Positions 15,680 to 31,071 of a stretch of DNA of 64,000 bases are shown here, one piece after another. The notes under the pieces are model-generated. The model searched no databases, was not told the origin of the DNA, and was given only the letters and a program-made list of their open reading frames with translations. Made by a program: the position numbers and the translations under genes. The stretch lies in the NCBI RefSeq assembly GCF_009914755.1, contig NC_060933.1. One strand, 5' to 3'. This DNA comes from the human T2T-CHM13v2.0 reference genome, Homo sapiens. Within the stretch, counting starts at the first letter, position 1. The number at the start of each line of letters is the position of its first letter.

Positions 15680-16090
15680 GCTACTATTATTGAACACTTG
15701 CTTTGCATTCTTTCTGTTCTCACACTCACTCAGAAGGGTTTTATATTTACAGATAAAGACATCAAAGCTCAGAGGTGCTAGTTAACTTGAGCAAGTCACA
15801 CAGCTTATTACATGGCAGAACCAGCATCCACTGCACTGGCTGACTGCAAATCCATGTCTTGTCTGCTATGTCATGCTGGCAATTGACATTTAAAATGGCT
15901 CTTTGAGCTCTTCAATGTAATTTCTTAAAGATTATTTCCATTGAGCCCTTTTACAAGTTTATGAGACAGAGGAATCATGATCCACATTTCACAGATTAAA
16001 AGTTGAAGCACAAAAAAATTAAGTCTTAATAATTAGTAACTAAGAATGAGTACCCAGGTTTTCTAACTTCTAATCAAGAGTTCTTTCCAC
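15680..16090 (-). mobile_element. Two adjacent MIR fragments (15680-15870 and 15940-16090)
   Basis: tttacagataaagacatcaaagctcagagg...gtcacacagct; catttcacagattaaaagttgaagcaca. Confidence 0.65.
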
Positions 16091-17509
16091 TTAATAAGAT
16101 GAAACACCTACTTTGGACTGAGTGTTTGTGTCTTACTCTTCAGACACTTCATGTTAGAGAGTTGTTATGTTTTTATATTATATAGATGATTTGCATATCT
16201 TTTAATGAAAGATTTTTTAATTATTTGAAAAGAGGGCTACAAAATAAAAAAAAATAAAACTTTCAGATTATTCTACTCATTAAAATAGCCATGCCTCTTT
16301 TAAGGTAGCCAGTAAAACTTGTCTATAACTAAGGTCTACTTATAATTTCAGAGATAAATTTAGTCTTTTGTGGCAAAGCAGTTGACAAGGAAAATAGGTC
16401 TGGGTAAAATACTTTTTTGTTTTTCAAAATAGTACAACCTAGTTTAGAAGCAACATAAGTTACCAAAGTGAAGCCACAAACTGGAATTTTTTTAAAGGTG
16501 GTATGGGGAGTGGGGACAATCAGTGGTTTCAATAGATTGATTTTTAGTGTTGGAGAATACATTTTTCTATGGTTTTACAGGTCAGATATTCCTACAAATA
16601 GGGATGTAAAAAAGGCAACCATGAACACTAAAGAAATAAAATAAATTGTTATAATACTCTGGAGAAACACAGTTTCCCTATAGGCAGTTAAGCCAGGAGA
16701 ATGTCTTCTAACTTTCTTTAGAGTGTTTCCAATGAATTCACAGATTTTTCCCAAGTTGGAAGGAGCCATCTGTTCCACCCGCAGACACACATGCCACTTT
16801 CTTCTTTCATGTCAACCCTCAGACAATAGATGCCTGAAAGTCCAAATCCAATTTATTCTATAAAAAGGAACAGTTTTTATTCCCCTCATTTGATATGAAG
16901 GCAGTGCTTTGAAATCTCTTCCAGAGGGGAGGCAGAGGCTAGGGGTGGGCTGCTCCAGGCTTTGGAGGATGTAACAATCTCATGCAGGGGATCAACACTA
17001 AGGAAAACCCACAGGGGCCCTGGAAGCAGAAAGACTAGAAGATGGCAATATTAGGGTGGGGACAGGAAACAGCAATCTGATCATGAACCCTGCGCTAGGA
17101 AGATGGCAGGGAACAGGATGGAACTCCATTTTGGAAGATTCTTACAACGATGATCACTGAAAGAAGAAATTGATAGAACTTGGGCATGGCTTCACAGTGA
17201 GTTCTGGAATCTAGACCTACAATTTCTTAAACATTGTCTATCCTTCCTCTTCTTGTCCCAGAGGTTGAATCAAGGTTGAAACTACAAGGGGAACTCAAGA
17301 AGCTCCCCAACTATAGTCCAGGAATGATTGCAGGGATAGGAAACCAGGCATATCATTGGACTGCAACAGAATCATGAAGCACCAAAAGGCGCCGTCTCCC
17401 TAAGTTGGCCTGACAAGGACATCGGCTGTGTGCTCAGCTGCAGAGAGCTGAAGAGAGTTTGCTGGGGTAGTAGACATACCCCAAGAGCATGGATACAGTC
17501 CCGTTGTTA

Positions 17510-18245
17510 CAACAGATGTCTCTCACTGCACACACGCTAGAGGCTAGGAATGGTTCCAAGCCCTTCCCCTGTACTAATTCACTCCATCTTCGCCCTATGA
17601 ATATGAAGTACTACTATTATTCCCATTTTTCAGATGAGAAAACTGAGGCACAGAGAGAATGAGTAACTTGCCTTATAGCTACTCACTAGATCACAAAGCT
17701 AAAAAGTGACAAAGCCAGGGTGGGAATCCATTTTGGTAGACAGAATAATGGGCTCCCAAAGATACCTATGACTGAGTCCCCAGAATCTATGAATATGTTA
17801 TCTTTTATGGCAAGAGTAACTTTGCTGATGTGACTAAATTATGGATCCTGAGATGGGAAGAGTATCTTCGATTATTTAGGTGGATCCAATGTAATCACAA
17901 GGGTCCTTATAAGAGAAACAAGAAAGTCAGAGTCAGTAATATGAGAAGTGATGTCAGAAGCAAGAAGTTGAGTGATAGAAGCAAGGGTACCTGAGTCAAG
18001 GAATGAATGCAGATGGTCTCTAGAAGCCGAAAAGGCAAGAGAGATTGATTCTGCCATGAAGCCAATAGAAGGAATGCAGCCCTGACAACATCATGATTTG
18101 AAACTTCTCACCTCCAGAGCCGTGAGAGAATAATTGTGTGTTGTGTTGTTTTGAGCCACTAAGTTTGTGATAATTTGTTACAGGAGCCACAGGAAATTAA
18201 TAGACGCAAGCAGCCTAACCCCAGAGCCTTTATTCCTAATTATTC
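17510..18245 (-). mobile_element. MIR split by an MLT1D LTR
   Basis: cccatttttcagatgagaaaactgaggcacagaga...gggaatcca [LTR] gcagcctaaccccagagcc. Confidence 0.8.
17732..18204 (+). mobile_element. MLT1D-type MaLR solo LTR
   Basis: tggtagacagaataatgggctcccaaaga...aatgtaatcacaagggtccttataaga...gccactaagtttgtgataatttgttaca...aggaaattaataga. Confidence 0.9.
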
Positions 18246-19334
18246 AATTATATTATCTTTCCAGTGTTAGATGTTAATATTTCTAGAAAATACTCCATAA
18301 AAGGAGTTTCACATTGGTTTCAAGGTCTCTCTTGTTTAGCCCCATAGTGGCTGGTGTATGTAGGAATTTATTACTATATTACATTGCTTGTGATGTACAC
18401 AGATCTGATATTCATCTCATACACGCTAGTGAGACAGTAGCCATTGTTAAAATGTTGAACCTTTTTTTCAGTTGATAAATTGTCCCATAGATCCTTTCTG
18501 CTATTCTGGACACCTTGGTCCCTTCCTTGGGACCCCCCAGAACTTCCCATAGTCAAGCTCCTAAAGGGTTAAAGCTGTACAGGGAAAGGGTCCTCCCCAA
18601 CTCAGCCCCAACTCCAAAGCCTGAGTCCACGCTAATGGTCAGTGGCCACGCCAAAGCAGATATTTAATATTTTGAACAAAACCCTAGGATACATACATGC
18701 TGACTGATAATTCAGGATGCCCTAGAATTTTTACTTATGACTAGAGTTTAACAATATTTTTATTATCAATGAAAGGAAATAAGCCTTTTTAGCAAAATAA
18801 CTTTCTACAGAGCGCAACAGTTAAACTCTCAGAAGCCCAGATCTTGGCCTCTGAACTCCCCACTTGAATCATGATGTCCTCAACTGAAAAGCGGCCACTC
18901 CCAACAAGCCATATCAGTGAATTCCTCAAAGGTTTGACTTCATTATGTGTCTCTTTTTCAAGTGAAACTATGTGGGCATCACACCCCTTATTTTGTCTTC
19001 TTAACTAGGACAAGAGAACTTTAAAATCAGATAAGTACACTGTGTATAAAGTATTATGAAATGTCATTAACAACTTTTTCCTCTGACATCTCTGGCTTCA
19101 TTGAAAAGGAATTTCACGTCCACTCATGCCTCATATTCTTAGTCTCCCTGAATAATATAACTGGGTGAATCACTGTTTTCCTCAGAAGATGCATGCCGGG
19201 CTATAGCCTGAAACTCTGTTCAACTGATGATAATCCTAAGCTGTGAAAAGAATCCTTTCAGGAAAAACTATTAAGGGATTATGTCACTATCCCTTACTCT
19301 CTGAAATATGTTATGGTGTGCTGGTAAATAGGAT

Positions 19335-19530
19335 GGAGTACCAGGCTTTGGAGTTATACCAACTTCAGACCATCCCTTGCTTCCCTACTACCAACAGTGT
19401 GACCTTCACAAGTTAGCTGACTTCTAAAATCTGTTACTAGAAAATGAAGTAATCATTTTCTTCTTGCACTTTGGTCAAGAGAACTAAATGAAATAATGTA
19501 TTAACATGCCTACCATAACACAAGTGACCT
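19335..19530 (+). mobile_element. MIR
   Basis: aggctttggagtta...gtgtgaccttcacaagtta...aaatgaaataatgta. Confidence 0.65.
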
Positions 19531-20924
19531 ACAGCCTATCAATCCGTTAGTTCACTTCCCAGGGTGTTCATGTGAGACATAAGTGAGAGGCCTAGGTGCT
19601 AGCCCAGTACTTTCCAAATTGCTAAATGATGTTTTTAAACGATAAAGTATCAAACCCATCTCTCCTTGATAACTAAGCTTGCTTTGCTTTATAGTACCAA
19701 GCAAAAGGAGGAAAACCCATGCATAGGACAAAGGACTTGTAAAAATGTTTTTTGAACCCAAACTAAGTGCAAGCATGTTTTGCTTGTAAGAAGAGGAGAA
19801 CTATGCAATGGAGAACTCCAGGCAGAGATCAAGTCAAGTATAATTAAAATCTCCCAAAAGCTGCATACAGTGGTCATCCTGAAGGTGGAGACCACCATCC
19901 TTCTTTGCCTACTAATCAACCTTCTGCTTTTCCATCAACGATTTTTTCTATTTTCCATAAATTCTAGAAAAGGAATTCAGAGGCCCAAAGTTGCCACTTT
20001 TGCCACTTCCAAGTAAGACTTTTAGAAGGGTGATCATAGCTCTGGGATTCTGTTTCTTTCTTTCTCCAGGCACACTACAGGGATAAGATGAAAGAACAGC
20101 CGCTTTGCAAAAACATGGGGAACTGGAACAAGCCATGACCCCCAAAATAGACATGAAGATACAGAGACTGTATTTTTCTACCCAATAGCCCAAAGGAGAA
20201 ACTCTTCAATTAATAACACTTTTGATACAAAGCCAGACTGCCCAAGATGACTGCCTAAAAATACACAAAAATCTAGGAAAAACAAGCTCTCCATCCTGGA
20301 GGGAATGTCAATGGAAAATAGTTGCTAGGCTTTTCCAGTTACCAGTAATAAAAGAAAAATAGGCTCCCCATTATGAATCCAGTGCTGGAGGGCTCGTCAG
20401 CTGGTTCTGAGCCAGCTTTGGTATTTTCTGAGTGCGTTACAAATTACAGGAACAAAATGTGGACTTTTCACTCTAACCATGTTTTCTAAGGCCAGACAAT
20501 TTATTATTAGGTTTACTTCCTAATGGTCTATAGTTGGAAAAGATGTCTCCACGTATGGATAATATTTATAAGCTTTTAAAGCACACATATTCTTATTATG
20601 AACAGCAATTACACAATGTGCACAGATTTTAAATGAAAGAATTAAGAGAAATTCAAACAGAAATTAATAGGACATGAATCCCTTCATTATTAAGCATTAT
20701 AATATGCATAAATATTTGTTGATCTATGTGATTTTTAAAAAATAAGGACTGAGCAGGAAGTATTAATCTCAAAATGCAACCTACATACATATTCTGCATT
20801 TCACTTCCTCATAGAGATGTCTTCAAGGGATCTCTATGCCTCCAGTTATTATTAGGGTAACTACAACAAACATCTGTTAAGAAGGCTTCTGCCCATTTAG
20901 TTAGTTGTGTACTGCTTTTCTCTG

Positions 20925-21038
20925 CTAGCAGATTGTGAAGTCTCTTGAAAGTAGGGTCTTATCTTACTCATCTTTGTCCTAATCCTTAATACAGTGTCCA
21001 ACTTATAGGAGATTTTTTAAAATGTTTGTTGAAGGAAT
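20925..21038 (+). mobile_element. L2 3' end
   Basis: agattgtgaagtctcttgaaagtaggg...cttactcatctttgt...aaatgtttgttgaaggaat. Confidence 0.7.
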
Positions 21039-21559
21039 TCCTCTTGTGTGAGCTGCAGGTGAAGGCATTTTCCACTGTGTTTCTCATGGAGTCATATAAA
21101 TATCCATAGAGTTAATTTCCCTTAATGTTATGAGGGAAAAAAGTCTTCTGGAGTGTTCTCTTTCTATATGTAATAACAGCAATACAGCACATTGTGTTTC
21201 TCTTTTCTACTGGGATCTCAGGATGCTCAAGGACAAGTTTTAAGCTCAACTGCAGTCTTTCTCATTGCCTAGAATTTCTGATACGAAAACTTCCCACCTT
21301 ACTTTCTCTTTTTTCTGGCTCTTTATCTTTTATCCTTGTTTTATGTTAACGTTATTTTAAGCTGCCTCAAATCCTTGATAGAAGAAAATAGGAACTGAGT
21401 AAAAAATAATAAATGAATAAAGAACTAAGATAAGAAGTTAGCAAAAATTTCTTCCCAATGACTTCTTATATATGCTGCAGAAATATCCTCAAAATGCTAT
21501 TACGTTATATCCATGAATATTTCATAAGTTTCAATAGAAATAAGCAGAGCAAACACAGG

Positions 21560-22230
21560 GTGATATCGAGGAAAAGACTACTGGACTGGAAAACCAGCAG
21601 TACAGGTTAAAGTTCAGTCCCTGTCCTTCACTAAGTGTGTGACCTTGAACAAGACACCTACATTTGTGAACTTCAGTCTCATCTCATAAATGGACTTCAT
21701 TTATTCTTTCACCAGACATTTACTGAGTCCTTACTTACAACAGGGATAGTGGTAGGTGCTACAGATGTCAAGTAAATAAAACAAGCGCCATGCAATCAAG
21801 TTAGTGCACAGTCTAGTAAGAGAGACAGAAAAGCGAACAGATTACAGCAAAATGTGATCACAGCCACACATAAGGTATTGGAGCAACACAGAAGGGAGAT
21901 GTCTACATCAGCCTGGAGACTTCCACAGGATTTGAAAGGAGGCAGTGGTTGTGTTGATTTTTAAAGTTGACTGGGAATTAACTAGATGAAAAATGGGGCA
22001 GGGGAGGGGAAAGAGGGCATTCCAGGACTCAAGAAACGCACGTGTGAAACCACAGAGACAAAGAACACCATGACAAGTTGGGGGAACTAAAAATTGTTGG
22101 AAGATAATAAAATACGTGTCCTGTCTACCTCCCAGGGTGATTTTAAGGATCAGTTGAGGGGATGTATACATTGAAAGTGCTTTGTAAACTGTAAAGCAAC
22201 ATACACGTATTCAAATGTTAAAGATTATTA
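21560..22230 (+). mobile_element. MIR split by an antisense L2 3' fragment
   Basis: actaagtgtgtgaccttgaacaag...cttcagtctcatctcataaatgg [L2] tgtctacctcccagggtg...aaagtgctttgtaaactgtaaagc. Confidence 0.75.
21697..22100 (-). mobile_element. L2 3' fragment
   Basis: tcatttattctttcaccagacatttactgagtcc...acagtctagtaagagagacaga...aagagggcattccagg. Confidence 0.75.
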
Positions 22231-25200
22231 TAAGACACTTGTTTTTTCCCCCTGCAAATTAGAAACATTTGCTGAAGTAAACACTGTTGATGCATTAGCT
22301 GTCAGGATAGTGTATTATATTTGGAAAACATTTGCCAATGCCTGTTCAGTTTTTGAATTTCCAGTCACATGTGTTTTTTGTTTGAGCAAATGCATCAAGT
22401 AATAATGGATTTATTGTTAATTGTGCAACGTTGGAGCTTCAAGGTTTAAGTAATCTCCATTTCGTGTTGACTTTATTCCATGTTGACTGTAGAAGTTTGC
22501 AGTCTTTATTGATTAATGAAAAGTGATAACTGAGCACTATTACCACCTTGTATTCATCAAACTTTTATCAGAAGAAATTCAGGATTCTGCACGTAGACAA
22601 GTGTGCCAATAAAAGCATATTCCCTCCGAGAAAAAGGAGGGAAAGAGGTGTGGTTATCTCCACTTAAAACAGCTTTCCAAAGAGCTCCAATGGAGCTCAG
22701 ATTCAAATACAAACTTCCCCATTTAACACTTCAAAAATGAAATACTTCCTTCCGAGGAGCATTCTCCCCTGGTTAGAAAAACCAACAAAAAGCATTTGGG
22801 ATAGAAAAATTGGGACGGATAACTCATGTTCAAAATTCTTGACATTCATACACTATCAGTCATTGGAAGGTTTGAATCACTATGTTTAAAAAGTGCTTTC
22901 ACTTTTTCCCTCCTGCCTGTAGGAGGAAGATATGAGACAGAGAAGGATAATAGGATTTTTTTTTCATGTTGCAAACAACTTGTCTGGGCTCTAACTTTTC
23001 ATATTAAACCCTCAGAAAGAACTGTTGTGTCCTGCCCCTGCTCCTCCTTGCAAAAGAGAAACGCTTCTAGTCTTGGAAGATCTGTATTTGCCATGAATTT
23101 TATTTTGAGTCATGACTAAGCCACTTATTAGCAATATTGGTGATCAAGGTCTCCTACAGCACATGGATGAACTAAGTAATATGTACATTTATGTCCTTTT
23201 GTGTAAAGGAAAACTTATCAAAGCTGGACAGGACCTGAAAAGTTATTCTGTATGGCACTACATTTTATGGATGAGAAAATTTAAGAGAAACGTAAGCTAA
23301 TTTGTTTAAAGCCAGGCAGTGAATACATGGCACAGTTGGGATTAGGAGCCTCCAGGGTGGTTCTCCCACACCTACCTCGCTGTGGATAGAGGCTGACATC
23401 CAGGGAAAAGGCTTGGGAATTGCAGTTGCATGGGGTGAGCGGCCTCAGGCAAGCAGTCCACCTGGTGCCACTCAATCTCACCACTCACCGGGCTGTCAAG
23501 TCCCTTCTTCCAAAAACTAGTGTCCAGAGGACTGGTCCACAATGCCCCTGAAGCAGGTGGCCCCTGCTAGGTGAATTGAGTGCTGTTACAGCTTTGGCAG
23601 GGTTCCCAGGCAAGCAACAGCCCCTGCTGTGCCTTGACAAGAGAGGTGGCTGAACCTCCGGACAAAATGACTTGCTTTAGAGACAAGCAGGGAAAATATG
23701 ATTTGTTGTAGAATTCCTGTTAGTCCAGTCAGCTCCCATCCTCTTGAGAAACCGGATTTGTAGGCACATGCACTGGCCAATGAGTCAGCCCTTAAAAAGT
23801 CATTCATAATTTATGTATAAACAAGAATAGCTTTTGTTTCAGGGAATTTGGGAGGTTTTTGTAGCCTGCTTTCTTCCAGTACCATTTTTGAAGAACTGTT
23901 CCTGTCTCAAGGCTATTCCTATAGGCCTATAAATACTTTGATGTTCAGACATCTGGAACTTATATTTGGTGTTGACTAATGAGCATTATTATTTTATTAT
24001 GTATTTATATATGATCTGAAAGAAATCTGAGGTTATATGCCACATAACTCTGTATACACACTGAACAATGACAAATTCTTTTTACCCATTACACTTATGA
24101 TTTATTACTTGGGCAGAAGAGGTTCTGAGTCATGCAATTGACATATAATTGTGTTTTGGAAGATAGTAATGGGATAGAGAGAATGTAAAATTGCCCTTCA
24201 CATATATTGTTAAAATAATTTGTAAGTGGACAAAATGGACTCCAGAGATATTATTTCTCTCATTTAAAAAATATCAAAGGATAGCCAATATGGCAACAAA
24301 CCCCCGCTCTCCTTTTGAATGGGTAAAGAAGAGCCTTGGTCTTAGAAATACATGTGGGTATGTTTGAAAGGGTAATAAACAATGCATAATGGAACTGACA
24401 TCAAAGAACTCCTCTTGGAGAACCAGACCTAGTTCAAAGTCGAATGCTCGATACTCAGTTTGCCTTGGTACCAATGAGCTACAGGTAAACACTGTAAGAT
24501 CAAAGGCAAAGGTGGGTGTACGGAGGAGCGTGTGATGACATTACTTTCTCAGCAAAGCATTTCCCTCCAGGGACACTGGAGATGGTACCTTGTAACAGCC
24601 TCTGTTGTATATTCAGGAATTTATTTTAAAGGAGTGTCAGAGATATTTTAGTCTTTAAGAATTGCAGCTCAAAGACCATCGAACAAGAGGCACGCTGAAG
24701 GTGGCACGCACTGAGGGAAGAGGATACTGGGAAGGAAAGGAATAAATGGCCCCATTATGGGCCATACCAATCCTGCCTGCTTTCTTCTCCCTCCCACAAG
24801 CAACATCAGTGTGAACTGGTTTGGCCCATCAGCAGGCCCTCTGGCCCTTCATGGAAGAATGAGTCCTCTGTGCATGCAGGCAGAGCAGTTGCCAACAAAG
24901 GCCCATTGCAATGTTTGAAAGCCCGAACTTGCTGCTGAATCAAAGCATTTCCACAGGCTGAAGCTGTGAACAGGATAGGCCATCAACAGTGAGAGAAGCT
25001 CTGTGCAGCTCCCATAGAGAAACTTTAAAATTGACTTATCTGTTTGCTGACAGTCCCCAGTTTCAGTGCCACAGTGTGGGCAGTATTCATTTAAAGTCAT
25101 TCCCCAGAGGTCTGTTAAATTATACTGAACTGCATTTCAGGGTCTTTGTCTAGGAACCAGCTGACTGCATAGGAGAAGAAAAGTAAAAAAGAACCCAATT

Positions 25201-25265
25201 GATCCGACAACAGAAAAGGAAAAAGTCCTGAAAACAACAACAAAAAAAAATGAAAACATGCTTTA

Positions 25266-27253
<1,988 letters not shown>

Positions 27254-28724
27254 TATATTTTAAAAAGTCATAAAATGAAGCAATATTTTCAGTCTCTTCC
27301 CATACACACACCTTTTTGATTACTTCATTTTATTGTCCATGATAAAGAGACTAAACTTTTACTCAGGAGCCCAAACTTTAGAAATGTTAGCCTTAATTTA
27401 AATGAATGCAAAAGCCTGAGATGAAGGGATAAGACTTTTAGACTATGTTTAGATTCCATGAAAATTATCTGTCCTATATATTTTACATGTGTCACAATAC
27501 TTTCCTTTGACTGTCTTCAAATGAATATATTTCTTGTCCAAAGAATTATGTGAGGGTTAGTCGACTAGAAGTAAACAAGAACTAGATACACTGAAAGTAA
27601 ACACAGCAACAGATTCGTGAGAAGCATGAACCAACCTCATTATAAATGATGGAAAATGGATGATGTCAGGTGGTGCCACTGATTGCCTTGTACCTCCCCA
27701 AAATGTTCTCTTCCAGAAGAGTTACTCATATCCCAGTGCCTAAGCTAGTACCAGCTAAGCAAGTCAGTACAGCAAGTCATCTTCCCTATCACCCTTTCCG
27801 CTTTACTACAGTATGCCAGACCTTGGGATTATGCCATATGCTTCTAATCTGGATAGATAAATATGATAAATTTGGAGCTCTAATGAAACTATAACTAAAT
27901 TCCAACTCCCTCATTCCAGGGCACCTGCCTAGCTCCATAGTTTAACACTCCTGTTTCCATTGTTCTACATTAGCCCTGCCCTTAACATTGTGCTTTTACT
28001 TCCCATCATCCATCACTTGACCTGGCTGAATTAGAGTTGCCCAACCCTAGATCTCCCTCCTTCTGGTGAGACATTGGGACCCTACATGACTTTGCTCAGG
28101 CCATTTTCATGGGACTATATCCCAGTTCATTTTCCCCAAACTTCACAGAGCTCCTATTTTGCTGCTTCCCAGTATCATCCCTAAATAGTGGTCACTGCTT
28201 GGATTCCCAGATGCTGGATGGCCTTGGGATGACCCTCCAGTACCAACTGCTTCCAGAAATCGCCCTGGAATACTGGACCCAGAGGTGCTCTCGACGGACT
28301 GCTCTTGGCATCTCTAATGTCAGTCATGCACCTGGGTCTACCTTCAGCACTGGAGAGTATGTCTTTGCCCAGCCCTGGCTCCTTTCCCCTCTGCATATGT
28401 GGTGTTGCCAGACTTGACTCATGATGCATTAGATAAGAGCCATCCTGAGCGATGACAGTGAATTATCATCGACAAAGAAAACAAGGCTCCCTTAGAATTA
28501 TTTTCATTGCCCTCATTTCATTGTCAATAATGATGATGATCAGCCTGCCAGTCAATCATAAGCCCTGCAAAAGATGAGTCTTCACTTTAAATGAGGAAAG
28601 GAAGGCATTACACACATTTTGAGAACGTATTTTACACAAAAAAATGGGAGAGAAAAAATGTGGAACAAGCTGTCTGACACAGGGTGGTGGTAAGATGCAT
28701 TCATTTATTCATTCAAGAGATATT

Positions 28725-29097
<373 letters not shown>

Positions 29098-29409
29098 TTA
29101 CTGAGTATTTTCTATGTGCCTGTTCTAAGTACTGGGGATATGGAAATAAACAAAACCATTTAAAACCCCTGCTCTCGTGGAACTCACATTCAGAAAACAG
29201 CTCTGTGACCCTCTCATTCTATCTTTCTGAACTATGTTTTCCTTATCTGCAAAGTAAGAGCTTTGATATAAAAAGAAAGAAGTCTCTTTAAACTCAAACA
29301 CTCTGTGCTTCTCTAAAAATGCTAGTTAAATATGCACAGACCATGTATCATGCCAACATACAAAACACCTGCCTGAATGGATGTCAAGGAAAGATGGTGA
29401 TAAAACTCA

Positions 29410-29550
29410 ATTTGATGCAGTAATATTCACTGAGCACCTACTAGGTGCCAGTAAGAGTGAGAAATACAAAGATGGATGAATCACACATGTGCCATCTCTT
29501 AGCACCTCAATGCTTAGTGAGACAGGCAGGCATATAAAATTAATTATGTT
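29410..29550 (-). mobile_element. L2 3' fragment
   Basis: atattcactgagcacctactaggtgccag...atacaaagatggat. Confidence 0.65.
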
Positions 29551-30438
29551 TACAAAATTGGTTCTGATAAATTCTACTTCTCCATTATTGACAACTTATA
29601 GAGTATACAAAAATCAAAGAATATAAAAATAACCAGAAATACAATCAACCAGAGATTGTCATGCTTAATAACTTGGTGAACTTCTTTCAGATGACTCTGT
29701 GCATGTACCCATAAATTCCGTGTATATTCTTTTCTTTCAACTGGAAAATACAGACGTTTAAAATACTGCTTTTTCCCTAAGTACATGTCATGGACCTCTT
29801 CCCTTGGCAATATATGAATTTACATCATCATTTAATTGCTGTAAAATATCCCATTATTTGTCTATACCATAATGTATTTAGCCAGCTCCCTATTGATCGG
29901 CATTGTATTCTAATTTTTCTATATTAACAACAAGAATGCTTCAACAGATATTCTATTGTTCGCTTTTTAAAACTTATTTCTGCCAATACTGCTTTCAAAT
30001 ATCCATAAGTAGAATATGTTTATCAGTGTATATTTACATTTTACACCTTGAATTATTGTTTTCTGCCAAGTCAGTTTCAGTAATCATATAGGAAATTATC
30101 TCATTTACCCACACTCATTATCTTTGCTGTGTTTTGTTTCTGAACCTGTTTAATCTTTGCCAATCTGATGGGTGAAATACATACTGAGTTTTGTTTTCAT
30201 TAACTTCTCTTTGACTATCAGTGGAGTTGAAAATCTTCATATATATTCATTGGCTATTAGTATTTCTTTATTTGTAAATTGGCTACTTATGTCCTTTGCC
30301 ATTACTCTTTTATCTGTATAAACTTTTAAAAACTCATTTGTTAATAGTTATTTGTATATTAGAAATATTACCCCTTGTGCTATCACAGGTGCTACAAATA
30401 TTTTCCAGTGGAGGGTTTACCTTTTAAGATTGTTTTTA

Positions 30439-30640
30439 GGCCAAGTACGGTGGCTCACACCTGTATTCCTAGCACTTCGGGAGTGGGAGGCCAAGGCATG
30501 AGGATCACGTGAGCCCAGGAGTTTGAGGCCAGCCTGGGCAACAGAGCAAGACCTGGCCTCTATAAGAAAAAGAAAAAGAAGAAGAAGAGGAAGAGGAAGA
30601 GGAGGAAGAGGAGGAGGAGGAGGAAGAGGAAGAAGAAGCA
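30439..30640 (+). mobile_element. FLAM_C monomer with a (GAA/GGA)n tail
   Basis: ggccaagtacggtggctcacacctgta...gagcccaggagtttgaggccagcctgggcaac; degenerate TSD aagattgttttta / aaagtgttttta. Confidence 0.88.
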
Positions 30641-30721
30641 GAAAGTGTTTTTAGCTACACAAAAGACTTTCCTTAATTATTGAAAATTTCAAACAAACAT
30701 ACCTTAAAAAAGGAGACAATA

Positions 30722-31071
30722 CTACTATGCAGCCATAAAAAATGATGAGTTCATGTCCTTTGTAGGGACATGGATGAAATTGGAAATCATCATTCTCAGT
30801 AAACTATCACAAGAACAAAAAACCAAACACCGCATATTCTCACTCAGGTGGGAACTGAACAATGAGATCACATGGACACAGGAAGGGGAATATCACACTC
30901 TGGGGACTGTGGTGGGGTTGGGGGAGGGGGGAGGGATAGCACTGGGAGATATACCTAATGCTAGATGACGAGTTGGTGGGTGCAGCACACCAGCATGGCA
31001 CATGTATACATATGTAACTAACCTGCACAATGTGCACATGTACCCTAAAACTTAAAGTATAATAAAAAAAA
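30722..31071 (+). mobile_element. Young 5'-truncated L1 3' end, L1PA2-like
   Basis: gagatcacatggacac, gaatatcacactctggggactgtggtgggg, ctagatgacGAGtt (GAG, not the L1HS ACA/ACG), cacaatgtgcac, cttaaagtataataaaaaaaa. Confidence 0.93.
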
